DNA of 64,000 nt from Trichosphaerium sp. ATCC 40318 (Eukaryota > Protista > Tubulinea): the NCBI GenBank assembly GCA_038496445.1, contig JALMLS010000397.1, positions 186,001 to 250,000 of the forward strand. Reading direction: 5' to 3'. The notes beneath the pieces were generated by a model that saw only the letters and a program-made list of their open reading frames with translations, searched no databases and was not told the origin of the DNA. Shown here piece by piece: positions 16,388 through 29,089 of this stretch (position 1 is the first letter of the stretch; every line of letters starts with the position of its first letter). The position numbers were made by a program, and so were the translations under genes.

Positions 16388-16794
16388 AGCGAAAATATAC
16401 GATTGCGTGGCAAGTTTGACCAATCACGAATATTCGCTTTATAAAACATTTGACTCTTGTCCTCCTGCTTGGAGTGCCATAGTTGTGCGTTGTCCAACAA
16501 ATTTACGCGTTTTAATCCCTTTACTAGTTTTAAACTGTTCGTTATTCGAGCTCACCGCACTCTGTGTATTCGCTACATTACTTCTTTTTCTCATCTAGAA
16601 TAAGTAAACCTTGTTACGGCGTCTGTATTGCCAAATTTGTGCTATTTCGATTATTGTAGTCTTGACAACTGAGAGCTGAGATTGGCTGTAAACGAGGGTG
16701 CGTCAAGGCACGTGATATGCATCTGAACCAGTACGATTTACTTGATAGTGAATGATTGAAATGGAGTAGAAGGTTGCAATACCTAGCGTTTATT

Positions 16795-18185
16795 CTACAG
16801 TGCGATAGTATACACAACCAATAAAGCAGCAAGACTTAATTGTAAGAAGCTTCCATTTGAAGCGTCAACTGGTGCAGATGTGTCGACTGGAGCAGCAGTT
16901 GGAGAAGTAGGCTCGACAGAACTAGGCACAAACTTTGAGACTTGACGGCCATTGAGGGGTTGTACAGGTCTTGCGTTTCCTTTCAGAACAGGAACTGTTT
17001 GAAGAGCATTGAATTGATCGACTGTGATTGCTCTAACGTCCTTCATTATGTAAAAATGTACGCCCTCAGAACATGGTGGTGTGGTCAATGAACCTGAGTA
17101 AGTGTAGTACTCTTTACCATTAACAGACTCTCCAATAGTAGCTTCCAACTACGAATGTAATGTCAGTCAAGGAATGTTAGGTAATTCTTATAATGTGCTG
17201 AAAATTAACTACCATACTAACTAAGTAGCATTATAAAGTACGTACATTTAAAGTAACATTAGTCGAATTTCCAGATAATAGAGGCAACATAGGTGTCAAC
17301 TAAACGATCATTAAATGACTTGATTTGTTTTCCAGCACAAAAATACGAACCGCTGCAATAAAAGGATCTTCTGTTGTAACGCTTGCACGTGCTTCAAAAG
17401 TAATACCGACAACAGTGGTTTTTGAATCTACAGTATGAACCTACAAGGGCAGATGTTAACAAATAGTGCGTATTGTAAGAAGGAGTGAAGTTGTTTAAGC
17501 GAAAGATGTTTTTGTACCAAATGAACTTCAGCGGACTTTGATGCTCCTTCAAATGTATGCTCACTCAAAACGTGTACATGAAATTGAATAAGAGGTAGTG
17601 ATTCACCACCGATCGTTGTTGACAAGGATTTATCATCAACATCAACTATAAAACCATTAAGTATTTATCAACTCAGTTATCACCAAGCGTACTTTGAATG
17701 TTGTGCCCTGTGTTCCTTAATTCATAGTCTACGCTTGCACCATACTGAGTGCTCTAATGTAGTTGTTTTTAGCCATTACACGACTACTGAAAAGAAGCAC
17801 TTACCAAAGCCATTAGATTTGAGTCTGCTACTGCGTCAGCATCCTTTATATCGATAGGAGATTGGCTTGAACCATCGCAATCTATCAATCAAATCAGCAT
17901 TTAGACAGAAAACGTTCGTATTTCTAAGAGAAAAAAGTGGTAACGTAAGGTATCACGTGATATACACAAAAAAAAAACCGAAACACATTTTTCCCAAACT
18001 GACTGTTCTTAATAAAATTGATTTGGGGCGTATGGGTAGTTGATCAAAATAGACGTACCTGGGTTTGAGCAATATGTTGCCCAGTTACTTGGTCCGCTGA
18101 GAGTATTGTCGTATGTGAAATGGCAAGAAGCACCAGAAGTGTAAGAAATCAAAGAGATTAAGGTGAGTAACTTGAGGAGATGCAT
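16795..18185 (-). CDS. Alpha-carbonic anhydrase, secreted and probably GPI-anchored
   Basis: Signal peptide; GPSNW, QSPIDI, QFHVH, SEH, AEVHLVH, YYTYSGSLTTPPCSE and NARPVQPLNGR; Ser/Thr/Pro stalk and hydrophobic C-terminal tail. Confidence 0.95.
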
Positions 18186-18303
18186 TTGTTGTAATTGGCA
18201 AGTTATGTTTAGTAATAACAGAGCAAACTTGGGTCAATAGTGGTCATTGGAATTGACCGGATAACGCGAAAAAAAACATACCGGTAATTTCGTTACATTT
18301 ACT

Positions 18304-18472
18304 CGGGTGATTATGAGATTTGTTTCATTCGTGCTGTTGATGGTCGAGGATGGACTCTCGTGAATTGCTCCAGGGACCTGTCCAGGGTGAGACCTGGCCG
18401 AGGATCTTGTGAATTGTTCCAGGGACCGGTCCAGGGTGGGACCCTGGTTAGTCACCATCAAGCACTCACCCG
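18304..18472 (+). ncRNA. Candidate structured RNA or DNA element of unknown family
   Basis: GC-rich island with nested inverted repeats (CGGGTGA/TCACCCG; GTGCTGTTGATGGT/ACCATCAAGCAC) enclosing two tandem units of about 50 nt that contain hairpins. Confidence 0.4.
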
Positions 18473-18770
18473 TCCGTTCCAATCGTATTGTTCATCGGAT
18501 AGGCTTGCCTAAAAACAGTGGTCTTAATTACTTCACTCAAAACCTGCTTGCAGTCCACTGTGAACCAAGCGAAAAATGATACAAATAGTAAAAAAAAAAA
18601 ACAAACGTGGTAAGTATTCTAGACTTGACAATGCTCCCAAGGGAGGAGACACCCTCAACTGTTACCCCATTTACTTTACTGACCTGTTAGAAAAAAGCAA
18701 ACAGACTTTCTTTGCATTATTTTGTTCACTACACAAACACTAAATCGTGTTTATTACACTACATCACTAG

Positions 18771-19946
18771 CTATTCAAATGTTGCTTGTTTAAAGCTCAA
18801 GTGTAGATTTTTCAGATGCTCTCTGTTGAGTTCCCTTATTCCCAACCCACCAAGCTCTACTACATTGCTAGGGAGTGGGAATAATCGCCGCATACCAAGA
18901 TTTGACTTGTTGTTATAGTATACTTTGTCAACATAGACTTCAAAGCAATGTACAGAACTCATCATGTAGAGAACATGTAGATTCTCTAGTGCATTAATAG
19001 CATATTTTCGGATATTAATACGTGATATATCTAAAGTATGCACACTCGCTAACATCTCAACACCTGCGCTTGATATCCCCTTGCAAAGTGGCACCCTGAT
19101 AGTGTGTACAGACGCCAAAGCTGTCAGACCTTCATCTGTTATCTGTGTATCTCCTAAATTAATATCATGGACACCAGCCAAAGCCAACACCTTAACAGAC
19201 TCATCTGTTATCGACTTGCATCCATACAAGCTAATACTATGGACTCCAGCCAATGCCTTGATACCCTCATCTGTTATTTCACATTCAAACAAGCTTATAG
19301 TGTGTACTCCTGCTAAAGCCTTCACGCCTTCATCTGTTATTGGTATCATTCCATTCAGGATGATGGCGTGTACTCCCGCCAAAGCCTTCACGCCTTCATC
19401 TGTTACTAATTCACAAAGAGACAAGTCTATGGTGTGTACACCTGCCAATGCTTTCAAACAATCATCTGTAACGTTGGTTTCTTCTAAATGTATTTCGTTT
19501 ACACCAGAGAGTGCTTTTATACCCTCGCCTGTTATTAATTTGCAAAACGACAAGCTGATAGTATGTACGCCTGTCAGGGCCTTGATGCCTTCATCTGTTA
19601 TTAATCCGCAAGAAGACAAGTCGATAGCGCGTACACCTGCAAGTAAGAGCAAGTGGCTGTCGTTAACGGCTTTTTTGAATGTCTTCGAGAATGTAATAGT
19701 TGTATTTTGAAGCAGAGGGCTTCCAGAAAGCAGTTTCACTCCGGATTCGTTGCAAACCTCTATTTTACCGTATCCTATGTGAGTTTGAACGATTTCGTGC
19801 ATTAAATGGCATGTATGGGCTACAGAGAGCGCAAGTGGACCGTTTTTAAGTATTTTTACGATTGTTTCTGCTGGTAAAGCGTCAAGGCTAATTGTATCCT
19901 CTTTTGCATCATTAATAGTTTGTTTAAGGTTACCTTCTGTTGCCAT
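18771..19946 (-). CDS. F-box-like + LRR protein (about 25-aa ITDEGIKALAGVHTIxL repeats), intronless
   Basis: 391-aa ORF; N-terminal LDALPAETIVKIL; about 9 LRR units. Confidence 0.9.
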   Translation of the reverse strand: MATEGNLKQTINDAKEDTISLDALPAETIVKILKNGPLALSVAHTCHLMHEIVQTHIGYGKIEVCNESGVKLLSGSPLLQNTTITFSKTFKKAVNDSHLLLLAGVRAIDLSSCGLITDEGIKALTGVHTISLSFCKLITGEGIKALSGVNEIHLEETNVTDDCLKALAGVHTIDLSLCELVTDEGVKALAGVHAIILNGMIPITDEGVKALAGVHTISLFECEITDEGIKALAGVHSISLYGCKSITDESVKVLALAGVHDINLGDTQITDEGLTALASVHTIRVPLCKGISSAGVEMLASVHTLDISRINIRKYAINALENLHVLYMMSSVHCFEVYVDKVYYNNKSNLGMRRLFPLPSNVVELGGLGIRELNREHLKNLHLSFKQATFE

Positions 19947-20291
19947 AGTGTGTATGTTTAGTCTATTTAAGGCATTTAAGGCTTAAAATAGCTATTTTGC
20001 CTAATATTCAAAAAAAATCGTGGAATCAACCTAGATTGATCGAACCAAATAACGTCACAAAAAAGTATAACATGCCATTCCTTGCTTGCCAGAGCCTGTT
20101 ACAATAAAGCACCTGACTACTGTGTGGTTAAGAAATACTCTTACACATGTATATTGTTCACATAACAGTTTGCTCGTACAAACTCTAAGGCAAGCGTTCT
20201 TTGTTGTTTTAAAAATACAAGTTTAATCATTCCTTTTTACAATATAGTGAATCCTAGCCTGGCAAATATCTGTGTTACAAATCCTTTACGC

Positions 20292-21858
20292 TCAGGACAT
20301 CGTTTTAAAGCATCAGCCTTACATGAGTGTTAACATAGGCTAATAAGAAGAACAGTTCGTACTTGTGCTTCAATTGTTTGATTTGCTTCTATTCGTTTTC
20401 CGAGCTCAAGTTTCCATTCATTGTACTCTCCACCGTTTTTAAACCCAAGAACAACTGGATCTTCGTGTTCCAAATGTAGTGTTAAACAGTACTCAGAACT
20501 AAAAATAGATGAGATTAAAATATCACGTGTGATGAAGCAAAAAAGGGTCGTACTTGGGAACAAGGATATCTCCGGCTACTTTTTCACTTAGTTTCTCAAT
20601 GCTTTTAAAAGGTATAATAAATCTTGACGAAAACGGTTCTGTTTGTCCATATATTATAAGTCTGTCGTTGTCCATTTTACACCTCGTTTTTATCTTTTTC
20701 TTATCCGTACAATAGTAAATATGACCAGAGTATACTGAAATAAGTCAACAACAACAAATTGTGAATGTGTTTTTTGAAACTGTCACGTGTTTGTCCGTAA
20801 TGAAAAACGTTTTCATTGGTTATTAACTTACCTGAAGGTTTATCCATTACATTAGTCATCAATGCAGCTACCCAATCATATAGTTTTAACCAAGCAGCTT
20901 CCAATTCTTCGCTCCACTAAAAAACGTTAATTTTATGTTATTCTAAACTTGTGTGCCTTATCATCCATACACTCTCTCAAAGTATTCGCATATGCAACTC
21001 GCATTGTATCGAAATCGGATATGCTAACTCCGTATACTCGATGTGTTATTCCTAAAACACAACTTTAGGTACCAATTACATCCAAAAACAAAACGAAAAT
21101 ATAGTTGCAATTCAAGGTGCTATTTTACCTAATCCTTTAGCGATACTGTGAAACGCCACGGGATCATCAATTACTTTTATCAAGTGTCCTAGATTTTTAC
21201 CAACAGCTAGAGTTGCCTTTAATTTACTAGGGAATGCCTGTTTTTTAACTGGGTCCTGGGAAAATAACTTGGAGGACATATTCCTATTTTTGCCGGTTAT
21301 TTTCAGGTACAACAAATCTTTTTCTGTTATTGCGCACGTGGAGAAATGTGTTAGTCTTGATTGTTGAGTTTCTCTACTACGAGATTCTGTGTCCATGAGC
21401 CAATCATAAGCGTCCAAAATTAGGCGTTTCTCTTTTTTCGAAATATTCGGTAAATACATTGTTGAAGCATGTGAGCAACTTCTTTCTCTTCTCTTCTTAG
21501 ATGGTGTCTTTGTCCTGAAATTTTCGGACAACTTGATCAATTGACGTTCAATGATATTTGGTAGCACGAGAGCTTCTATTTCTTCATCTGTTACTCTATA
21601 AACACAAGTAAACAAAGAAGAATTGACAAACTCACAAAAGCGTATTTATCAAAAGTGTAATTTAAGTACCTTCCCAAATGATACAACCGCGTTACTCCAT
21701 GTTGCTCCAGTATATCAACTATAGCCTTTACTTGCTTTTTTTTAAACTTAACTTTGAGTTCAACAAAGAGGTCTGGTACAATATGAGACATGGGCGTATC
21801 AGGTTCTAAATAACAATTAAACGCGTGATTTGCTACGTATAAATGCAGTACATACCAT
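20292..21858 (-). CDS. SAM-like + globin + PH-like multidomain protein, multi-exon
   Basis: Spliced peptides IVDILEQHGVTRLYHLGRVTDEEIEALVLP (SAM); ISKKEKRLILDAYDWL...KLFSQDPVKKQAF...LGITHRVYGV...WSEELEAAWLKLY (globin); VYSGHIYY...EYNEWKLEL (PH). Confidence 0.75.
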
Positions 21859-22530
21859 AGCGATGACGTAGCTCTAGTGTATTATTCTTTGAGCTGTAAG
21901 GACACGCCATAATAATCAAAAATGTGCAGATGGTGTTGTTTATGACGAGATTTTTGTGGTGAAGTTACGTAACTTAAGCCACGTGTTTACGAAATCTGCA
22001 GTACGTCGCTGAAACTTGTTTCTCCGTAAGAAAAACTTAACGTAATATAAATAACGCGTTACGATAGGCCAAGCGCATAACATTCTTAGAGACACCACTG
22101 AAAACAATGGTGAATTGTGTAGGAAAGCGGAGTTAGAATCAAAAGCCACATACTGCCAATATTATACGTAACTACTATTCTAAAATAACGTTGCTACAAC
22201 TCTGCACATTCTCTTTAGGCAGTGTCAATTCAAAAACATGTGCCAACAACAGCCAGACTAATAAATCAAATGATTGTAGTTTTTTTTCGCAAGCACCCTT
22301 TGACTCAAGTATATGAAGAAGGATAAGTACTATTTGACAACCAACAGTTGGTTTCAAAAAGCAACTCAATTCAAACGTTATTTTGATACATTAAAAGTAC
22401 ATTTATTTACACTAGCCACGATGAAACGTGAACTTTAAAAAATTTGGACCAAAACAGCATAAAATTACAGAAGTCCCATGAGAAGTGGTTGCACCACGAA
22501 AGGTTTTGGAGAAAGAGAAACAAGGATTAT

Positions 22531-23399
22531 TCACTCTGACCACTCCTCATCGCTAGCCCAATAATCCTCCACGACTTCTTTCGCTTCCTTTACAGCCTCT
22601 TTGTCATCACGTAGAGTCTTTGCTCTTTTCTTCCATTTGGCTTCAGACTTCTTAGATGTATCCAGCTTACGTTTTAGAGACGTATTTGTTGTTTTAGACT
22701 TTTGTAGATCGGTTTCGAGTTTTTTGATTTTGTCGTCCGCTTGTCGCAGTAATTGAAGCATAGATACCTAAAAGGGAGTCAACAAGGCACAGTCCAGCGT
22801 ATTTAGAATAAAAAACGAATCAAAGACCCACCACACTCCTCCCTACATTCTTCTCGGATTACAAATGTAACCAAGCGTAGGTTTAGGGCACAAGATCGCA
22901 TTGCGGGAGCTGATTCAATGTAGTGACGCACACGAAACGTGCAAAGTAGCGCCACCTTATAAAGGCGACCTACTGCGTATACACGCAAGTGTGGGTAAAA
23001 TACTTGCTAACCAACAGGCCTCAACGCGTTTGTTGCCCATGATTTGTGTGCGCATAATCCTCGTCAAATTATAGGCAAAGCGAGCGCTGCAGCGCAAAAA
23101 CCACAACCCCACTACGATAGCACCTAGCTGGTGGAACTTCCAGCAAGTAAAACCCAAGCCGGCAAGCGGGAGTGTTTTTAAAGCGTAAAGTGCCCCATAT
23201 CAGATTATATGCGCGTGGGTACTTGTCAAAGCTAGTATAATGTGAACGTGCGTTAGTTTGTTCAGCTAATTCGTGTAGCGAGCTTGCGAACCCTTCTAAT
23301 ATCGCTGAACCTTTTGCGTGTAGTCTAAACGCATTTAGTAAACTTTTCAACTATTTTACAGCTTAGACAATATCACACCGCGTACCCAGCCCGATTCAT
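22531..23399 (-). CDS. Hypothetical multi-exon protein with C-terminal coiled coil
   Basis: ATG at 23399 and several plausible GT-AG introns; last exon 22531-22761 is a Lys-rich coiled coil. Internal splicing not resolved. Confidence 0.35.
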
Positions 23400-23746
23400 G
23401 ATTGAAGAGCGATATTGCGCGAAAACAGAAGATTTGATGCAGTTTTGCAAAAAGACGCGGGAAAATGTTAAGCAAACTGAACTGTTGAGTCTTAATCAAG
23501 AAATGCAATTCGTACATTACACGTGTAGCAGTGTTTTTCCACCCTTTGCACTGTTTGTAATGCGTTTTGACAAATTCATTGGCGACAAAGGGCATCACGC
23601 GCGTTTAGGTAACTTTATTGGCCTACTTATAGTAGTGGGTGCTAAACGGCTAGAGCCTCTGTAAAGGTGTAAAAGTCGACTATAACGAGTTAGTAGCCGG
23701 CAAAAATATAGTAAAGAATGTTAACCGCTTTGACATTGTTTTTTAT

Positions 23747-24127
23747 TCAATCAATGTGAAACACTTCCTTCAGCGGTTTCATTACTGGTGAGTTATCAGG
23801 GTTAGACGGCATTATATCTTTCATATGAGACCACCATTTCTTACAAATAGGTTCCTTGGAGATTGTTTCCCATTTTTCGATAGAATCAAGCTCTACCTGC
23901 GGTGCTATGAAAACTAGAGCGTAAAAGGCAATATTTATATTACGCACGTAACCGAATAACTGTTTTGTTTCTGGGTGAAGGAAAATAGAATAGTTGTATA
24001 CACCATGTGCTTTTAGGACGTCTTCTAGCTCTTTCCATATCGGATTGTGTCTTTTTTCGTATTCAGCCTCACTCCCTGGGTTAACCTTCATAACAAATCC
24101 CTTACGAATGCGTTGTTTACCACTCAT
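23747..24127 (-). CDS. rhaM: L-rhamnose mutarotase
   Basis: EYEKRHNPIWKEL, HGVYNYSIFL, KKWWSHMKDIMPSNPDNSP and LKEVFHID. One in-frame 51-nt GT-AG intron (23897-23947) restores the typical length of about 109 aa. Confidence 0.93.
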   Translation of the reverse strand: MSGKQRIRKGFVMKVNPGSEAEYEKRHNPIWKELEDVLKAHGVYNYSIFLHPETKQLFGYVRNINIAFYALVFIAPQVELDSIEKWETISKEPICKKWWSHMKDIMPSNPDNSPVMKPLKEVFHID

Positions 24128-24246
24128 TATTTTTCTTAAACGTGCTCAAAACAGTTGAAGGAAATTGTACTTGAACGCCAGAAAAACAAAGATGGTCAAC
24201 GTTTTTAAAAAATTGTTTTTTATTTTTTATCCTCTCAGAGAAAACA

Positions 24247-25440
24247 ATGTCAGAAAGCTGCCAACCAAAACCAAATAATCTGGAAACGATAAAAGTTGAA
24301 GGAAAGAGTTTAACTATTGATCCAGAGGACATTGAGACATATTTTAAAGCGGATATTACGATTAACGCTATTCAACAAGTTTGTAAAGAATTTTCTTATG
24401 ATGTCGTTAATCTACTCTTCAAGTACGCTCGCTATAGCCACCTCTTTCTCACGCATCTTCAGAACTTCTGGAACAAATAAAACAATCTCATCCCCTTAGT
24501 TCTTCTCGAGGCACTATCACTTGGTACACAACTTACGTACAGATGGAAACGAACTAACTTCTCAAAAGGCGAAAAACTTGGTGTTAAACTGGACAAACTG
24601 TTCTCTGAGGTAGTTTTGGGCGAGCAAGCTTACTTTGATCCATCTCCTCTAAGGACAAAAGTGCGCTTTGTCTCAAAGTTATCACCCTGCATCATAAACT
24701 ACCCTGATGTACGTGGTATACTGTTGGGAGATGTCGAAATTCGGCCAAAGAAAAGTGGGGTTTTTTCGTGTGGCGACTCTTTGGGGTGGCCCAGTTCACG
24801 TGGACGTGATTTGATGTTATCAAATGCGAAAGATAATACCACTTATTTCCCACTTCTGTAACAAACGTGCAATGTTTGGAAGTAGAAAAGCACCCACATC
24901 AGAAACACCTGCTCTACGTATCAAAAGTTCAGAAATTAACTTTAGTTTTAGACTTCCTCTATCAAGATTCTCCTTAAGAAACAAAACATAAACGTAGGTG
25001 TATCAATGCACAATGGATCTTCCGTTGGCTTTTATATACCCGGAAGCAACAATGGGAATGTTTTAACATTCTTTGGTGCGACCTATTTTTTGAAGGTTGT
25101 TTTTTCCTTCTTTTTTCTTTCTTTCAACTTGATGACACCCTTCCGTTTTAGGTTCTTTGGATGAGCTAATAAAGTTACCTCAAAGCTTGGAATGGTTAGA
25201 AGAGTCTTATGTAGGCTCTCTACGCCTTAGCGAGAGCTACTTTGATCCGTTTTCAACGCAATATGTGGTTTTGGCGTTTGTCCTGGCAGTCGCTTGTATA
25301 TTGTCACATCGATGAATAAGATGGTAGAACACATGCGCAGTATAGCCAAAAACAATACCATTGACGTAAATAAAACGCGTACAATATTCAATTTAGGCTA
25401 CCCTGTAAAAACAACAGATGAAGAAAATGGACTATTGTAA
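24247..25440 (+). CDS. Hypothetical multi-exon protein
   Basis: ATG 24247 is divergent from rhaM; exon/intron pattern present; stop TAA at 25438-25440. No family recognised, and the splice phases were not fully reconciled. Confidence 0.4.
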
Positions 25441-25779
25441 TCTGCTTTCGCTTGATTTCAACACCAGATCTGTATGTAATATTTTGTTGTTGAAAATAAA
25501 ACCAGTTATCTTGACATAGTCATTGAAAACCAAAGAGCGCTGTCAGGCTCTTGGCATGCCTAAACTAAATCACGGTAGTGCTTAATTCATCTAGTTTACT
25601 TTCATTTCATACAAGAAGAATGTATTGTAGCTGAAGTCTCACTACAGACAATAGGAAAGTAGGATATTTCAAGCAAGCTGCGTGTAACTCTGCTTGTACC
25701 AATGTTTGTACTAGCCAGATGCGTTCTCCCTTATTCACTGAGAAAAGTTGTATAGGCTTTCAATCATGCTTGTGTAAGA

Positions 25780-27120
25780 CTACAATTTCTTTTTTGTTAA
25801 AGTAGCAAGGTTCTTTTCAAGTGTTGATAGATTATCTCTTATCATTTTATCTTGCTCTTGCTTCGGTTTACCCACCATACGCCAAGGCCAAACACAATCG
25901 ATTGTCTCTAGAACTAATATGTGATAATCATAGTTTTTGATTGTATTTGGTGTGAGTATCCCAGCATCATCAGCCTTTTTAATAAATATATCCATAAATC
26001 CATAATCCTTAATCTCTTCAAAAGCAAAACCATACCACTCTAAAAACACAGGTGCCGCACCTACAACGTAAATCAGAAAAAAGAAAGAAAACAAAACAAA
26101 ACAAAACAACACCTAAAAATGAATACTTACCTGACCACTCCCAATCTATCACTGCCGTAATTTTATCAAGCTTATCGCTTACCATAATATTACGTAAGTC
26201 ATAGTCTCCATGATACAAAACGAAAGGGACATTGACATCAACATATGCGTCTAAGTTATCCAAAAATTTCAATATCTTTGGTACATAAGCAAGCAATGAA
26301 GTCAATCCCGCTTTTTTAGCGTCTCTAATGCGTGGCATTAGAAACCCCTTCAAAAAACTTTTCAAATCAGAGTAAGGTCCAGGAGATACACCCATATCAT
26401 TAACAAAGTGAAAGTACGGCCCTACAGGCGCCAATGTTAGCTTCCTGACCAATGTAGTGCACATGTGTTTGTACCTATTTTTACTGAATTGCCTTCAGCT
26501 ATGAAACCGCCTGCCTGTGGCAATACACATGCCTGAAGTTTTTTCATTACGTCCACCATCTGATCAAGAAGAGAGCTTTTTTGTTCTGATGACATCTTAT
26601 CCCAAACTTCAACTAAGCATTCGCCTGGTATGCGTGACATACCAATATACCGAAACCCAAAAGGCTCTGTAGAAAGAAAACGTTAAAAAGAGGAAACAAA
26701 GGAAGATTTTGAAAGCGATGGGTACCCGATGATTTATCCCAAAACTTTACCTCGGGGATTATTATATCTGTGCATTTGTTAATGTACTTGTAAGCGTCCA
26801 CTTCAGCTTGTATTTTTTCTTCAGGCCTTTTCATAAAATTAGCAAAACCACGTGCATTTTCGGGAGAACTACGGTACCATGAAAACCTTGATATTCTTAT
26901 AGCGTATTCCTCACCTACGCAAAGTTAGTGACGTGAAGTGCACGTGGACAAAAGGGTTGTAACCTGTCGTAGACTGTATGAGGTAAACCTTGTTGTTCCA
27001 TCCTGTAGGCACTGCTTCAAATTCTTTACATTGTTGTGGCAACATGTCGTGCTTGTCAAACATTTTATTTACTTGATCTCTTGTCAACGAGAGACCTTGG
27101 TGATGTGGTGACCCTGACAT
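25780..27120 (-). CDS. Aminoglycoside phosphotransferase (APH)-family kinase, multi-exon
   Basis: GWNNKVYLI, AEVDAYKYI, MSRIPGECL, LYHGDYDLRNIMV and AVIDWEWSG. Confidence 0.88.
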
Positions 27121-27368
27121 TTAGAAACGAATTATGTGTATGACTTATTGTAGTTGACTTTCAGCTGAAATAACAATCCACGTATTTTCGCGGCATGAAA
27201 CGTGTTGGTTTCATTGAACATTCAGTTTTGAGAATCAATGTGGTACACCACCTTTGCAATAAGAAAAAAAGAATAAAGCAATCTAAATCCGTATTGTAAG
27301 TAAGATGTAGGAAACTAATCAAGTACTTACTGCTACAAATACACGTTTTGTACCACACAAACAGGCAA

Positions 27369-28130
27369 TCATTGTACTGACACCCGTACAGTCAGAAGAG
27401 CACAAAGAAATAGAGCCATCAGGCTTAGTACTTGCTCTATGATAGTGTGATAAATTGTACAGTTGCCAGGCCATCTCATGTCACGTACAACATAATACAA
27501 GGAAACAAATCTATAGCAATATGCCAGCAAAGAAATGGAATACAGTCCATGCAAGCTTCACTAGTGCGTACGTCTATCATTGCTATAATTACAACATTGT
27601 TAATTAGGTCAAACCTTACTGTGTCTGAAAACGATGAACATACAAACACGTGCAATTAAAAACCATTTGAATTTCACAGAGGCGCTCTACATAATTTTAA
27701 TTTATTTTACATTGTAACCTACGCCCATCATGTCGTAGTGCTCATATCCAGCGTTCACTGCTTTAAATAAAACCATGAACAGCATTCATCCAGTACATTA
27801 GTGCCGTAGAAGGTATTATACCCAATATCACGAGGTTCAGTATCACTGCTAACCGCGAAACAAGAAAATCAAACTTGCAAACAAATACAGACGCTATTGT
27901 CGCAATCATCATGCCAACTTGTACTATACCGAACAAGCACGAGATAAATGCTAACGTTTTGAAGTAATAACAGCCAAAGCTAAAATAAACTGCCCAAAAC
28001 CCAAAAATAATCGCTACCTCTAGCAAACTACCTCCTACGCTACAATAAGAACAAATACAATACCTGAAAGTCGCTAAACGCGTCTAAACGAATAAACGTA
28101 CCAAGGGAGTAACCGCTAGACGAACCCATA
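27369..28130 (-). pseudogene. Multi-pass membrane protein gene, apparently frameshifted
   Basis: Hydrophobic ORFs 27763-28026 and 27369-27554. The frame breaks near 27765, and the splice phases do not reconcile. Confidence 0.3.
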
Positions 28131-29089
28131 CTAATATACAACTATTCAAGTAGCTACAGGATGAAGACGAAAGTCACAATGATTCAATCGGATTGAAATT
28201 TTGTTCAAAAAAAACAAGTAACAATTATTAAAGTACGCCAGTATTTATAAAAAGCAGAGTTGTACACGTTATTCACATTAAAAGGTTGTTTACTGCTTAT
28301 TTTCTTTCTGTTCTTTTTCTTTTTGGGCCTTTGCTTCAGCCTTTTTACGTTGTTCTGCCAACCTTGTTTGTTGAAGAACACCGACCATAAGATCACGTTT
28401 GTGCATAGCAGCGTTGTGACGACCGAGCTACAATGCGTCAGTGGGGAAATTGTGAAATGATTATGTAAAAACAGCCTAACGGCGCATAACGGCTACGTAC
28501 CCTCTTTTTGGCGTATCTGTATGCGCGTTTATCAAAACCTAGACGCAACATTTCTACAATACGTTTCTCGTATGGTGCGCGACCAGCAATCTCGTTGACG
28601 CATTCTCTAATGAATTTTGATCTTTTGGCAACTTTCTAAGCAACAATTTAGCGAAACTGAGTTATCGCCATTAAATTTTGGTAAATTAATCCAATAAGCC
28701 CACAGGCCGTTTAAAGTAGCCATTGGTAAGCTTTAGCGTGTTTTTCTCAGGAATCAGTTGAAAGCGTTTTGAGTGGTGTTTTTAGTTTAAATAAATACGC
28801 GAGGAGTGATTAAAGCGCAAAAACAAGTAAATTGGGAGCGTTTGATGCAACGAAATGGATCTAGTACGTACACCTTGTGGTCGTGAGCGCTTGAATCCAC
28901 GAGTTTTATGACCACGTTCTACGCCATAGGCGACACCAGCAGTAAGAGAGGACATCCTAAAAAAATTTTTGGCTACAAGACTTTTTACGAACTCTAGCCT
29001 AAATATTTTGCGTGAAAATATTCCTGTGCAGGCAATTTTTTGTTCAATTACTACAGCGCCAAAACTAGTTCAACAGTGTAAATAAAATT

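Noticed and set aside
18464-18476. CGGACGGGTGAGT on the - strand resembles a conserved 16S rRNA motif
   Set aside because: Only 13 nt match and the flanks do not follow rRNA sequence.
19081-19710. 209-aa + strand ORF
   Set aside because: Antisense shadow of the LRR repeats on the - strand.
28877-28945. Hairpins (GTGGTC..GACCAC; CGCC-ATA-GGCG) with a weak B-box-like GGATTCAAG on the - strand
   Set aside because: No cloverleaf can be built, so it is not supportable as a tRNA or SINE.
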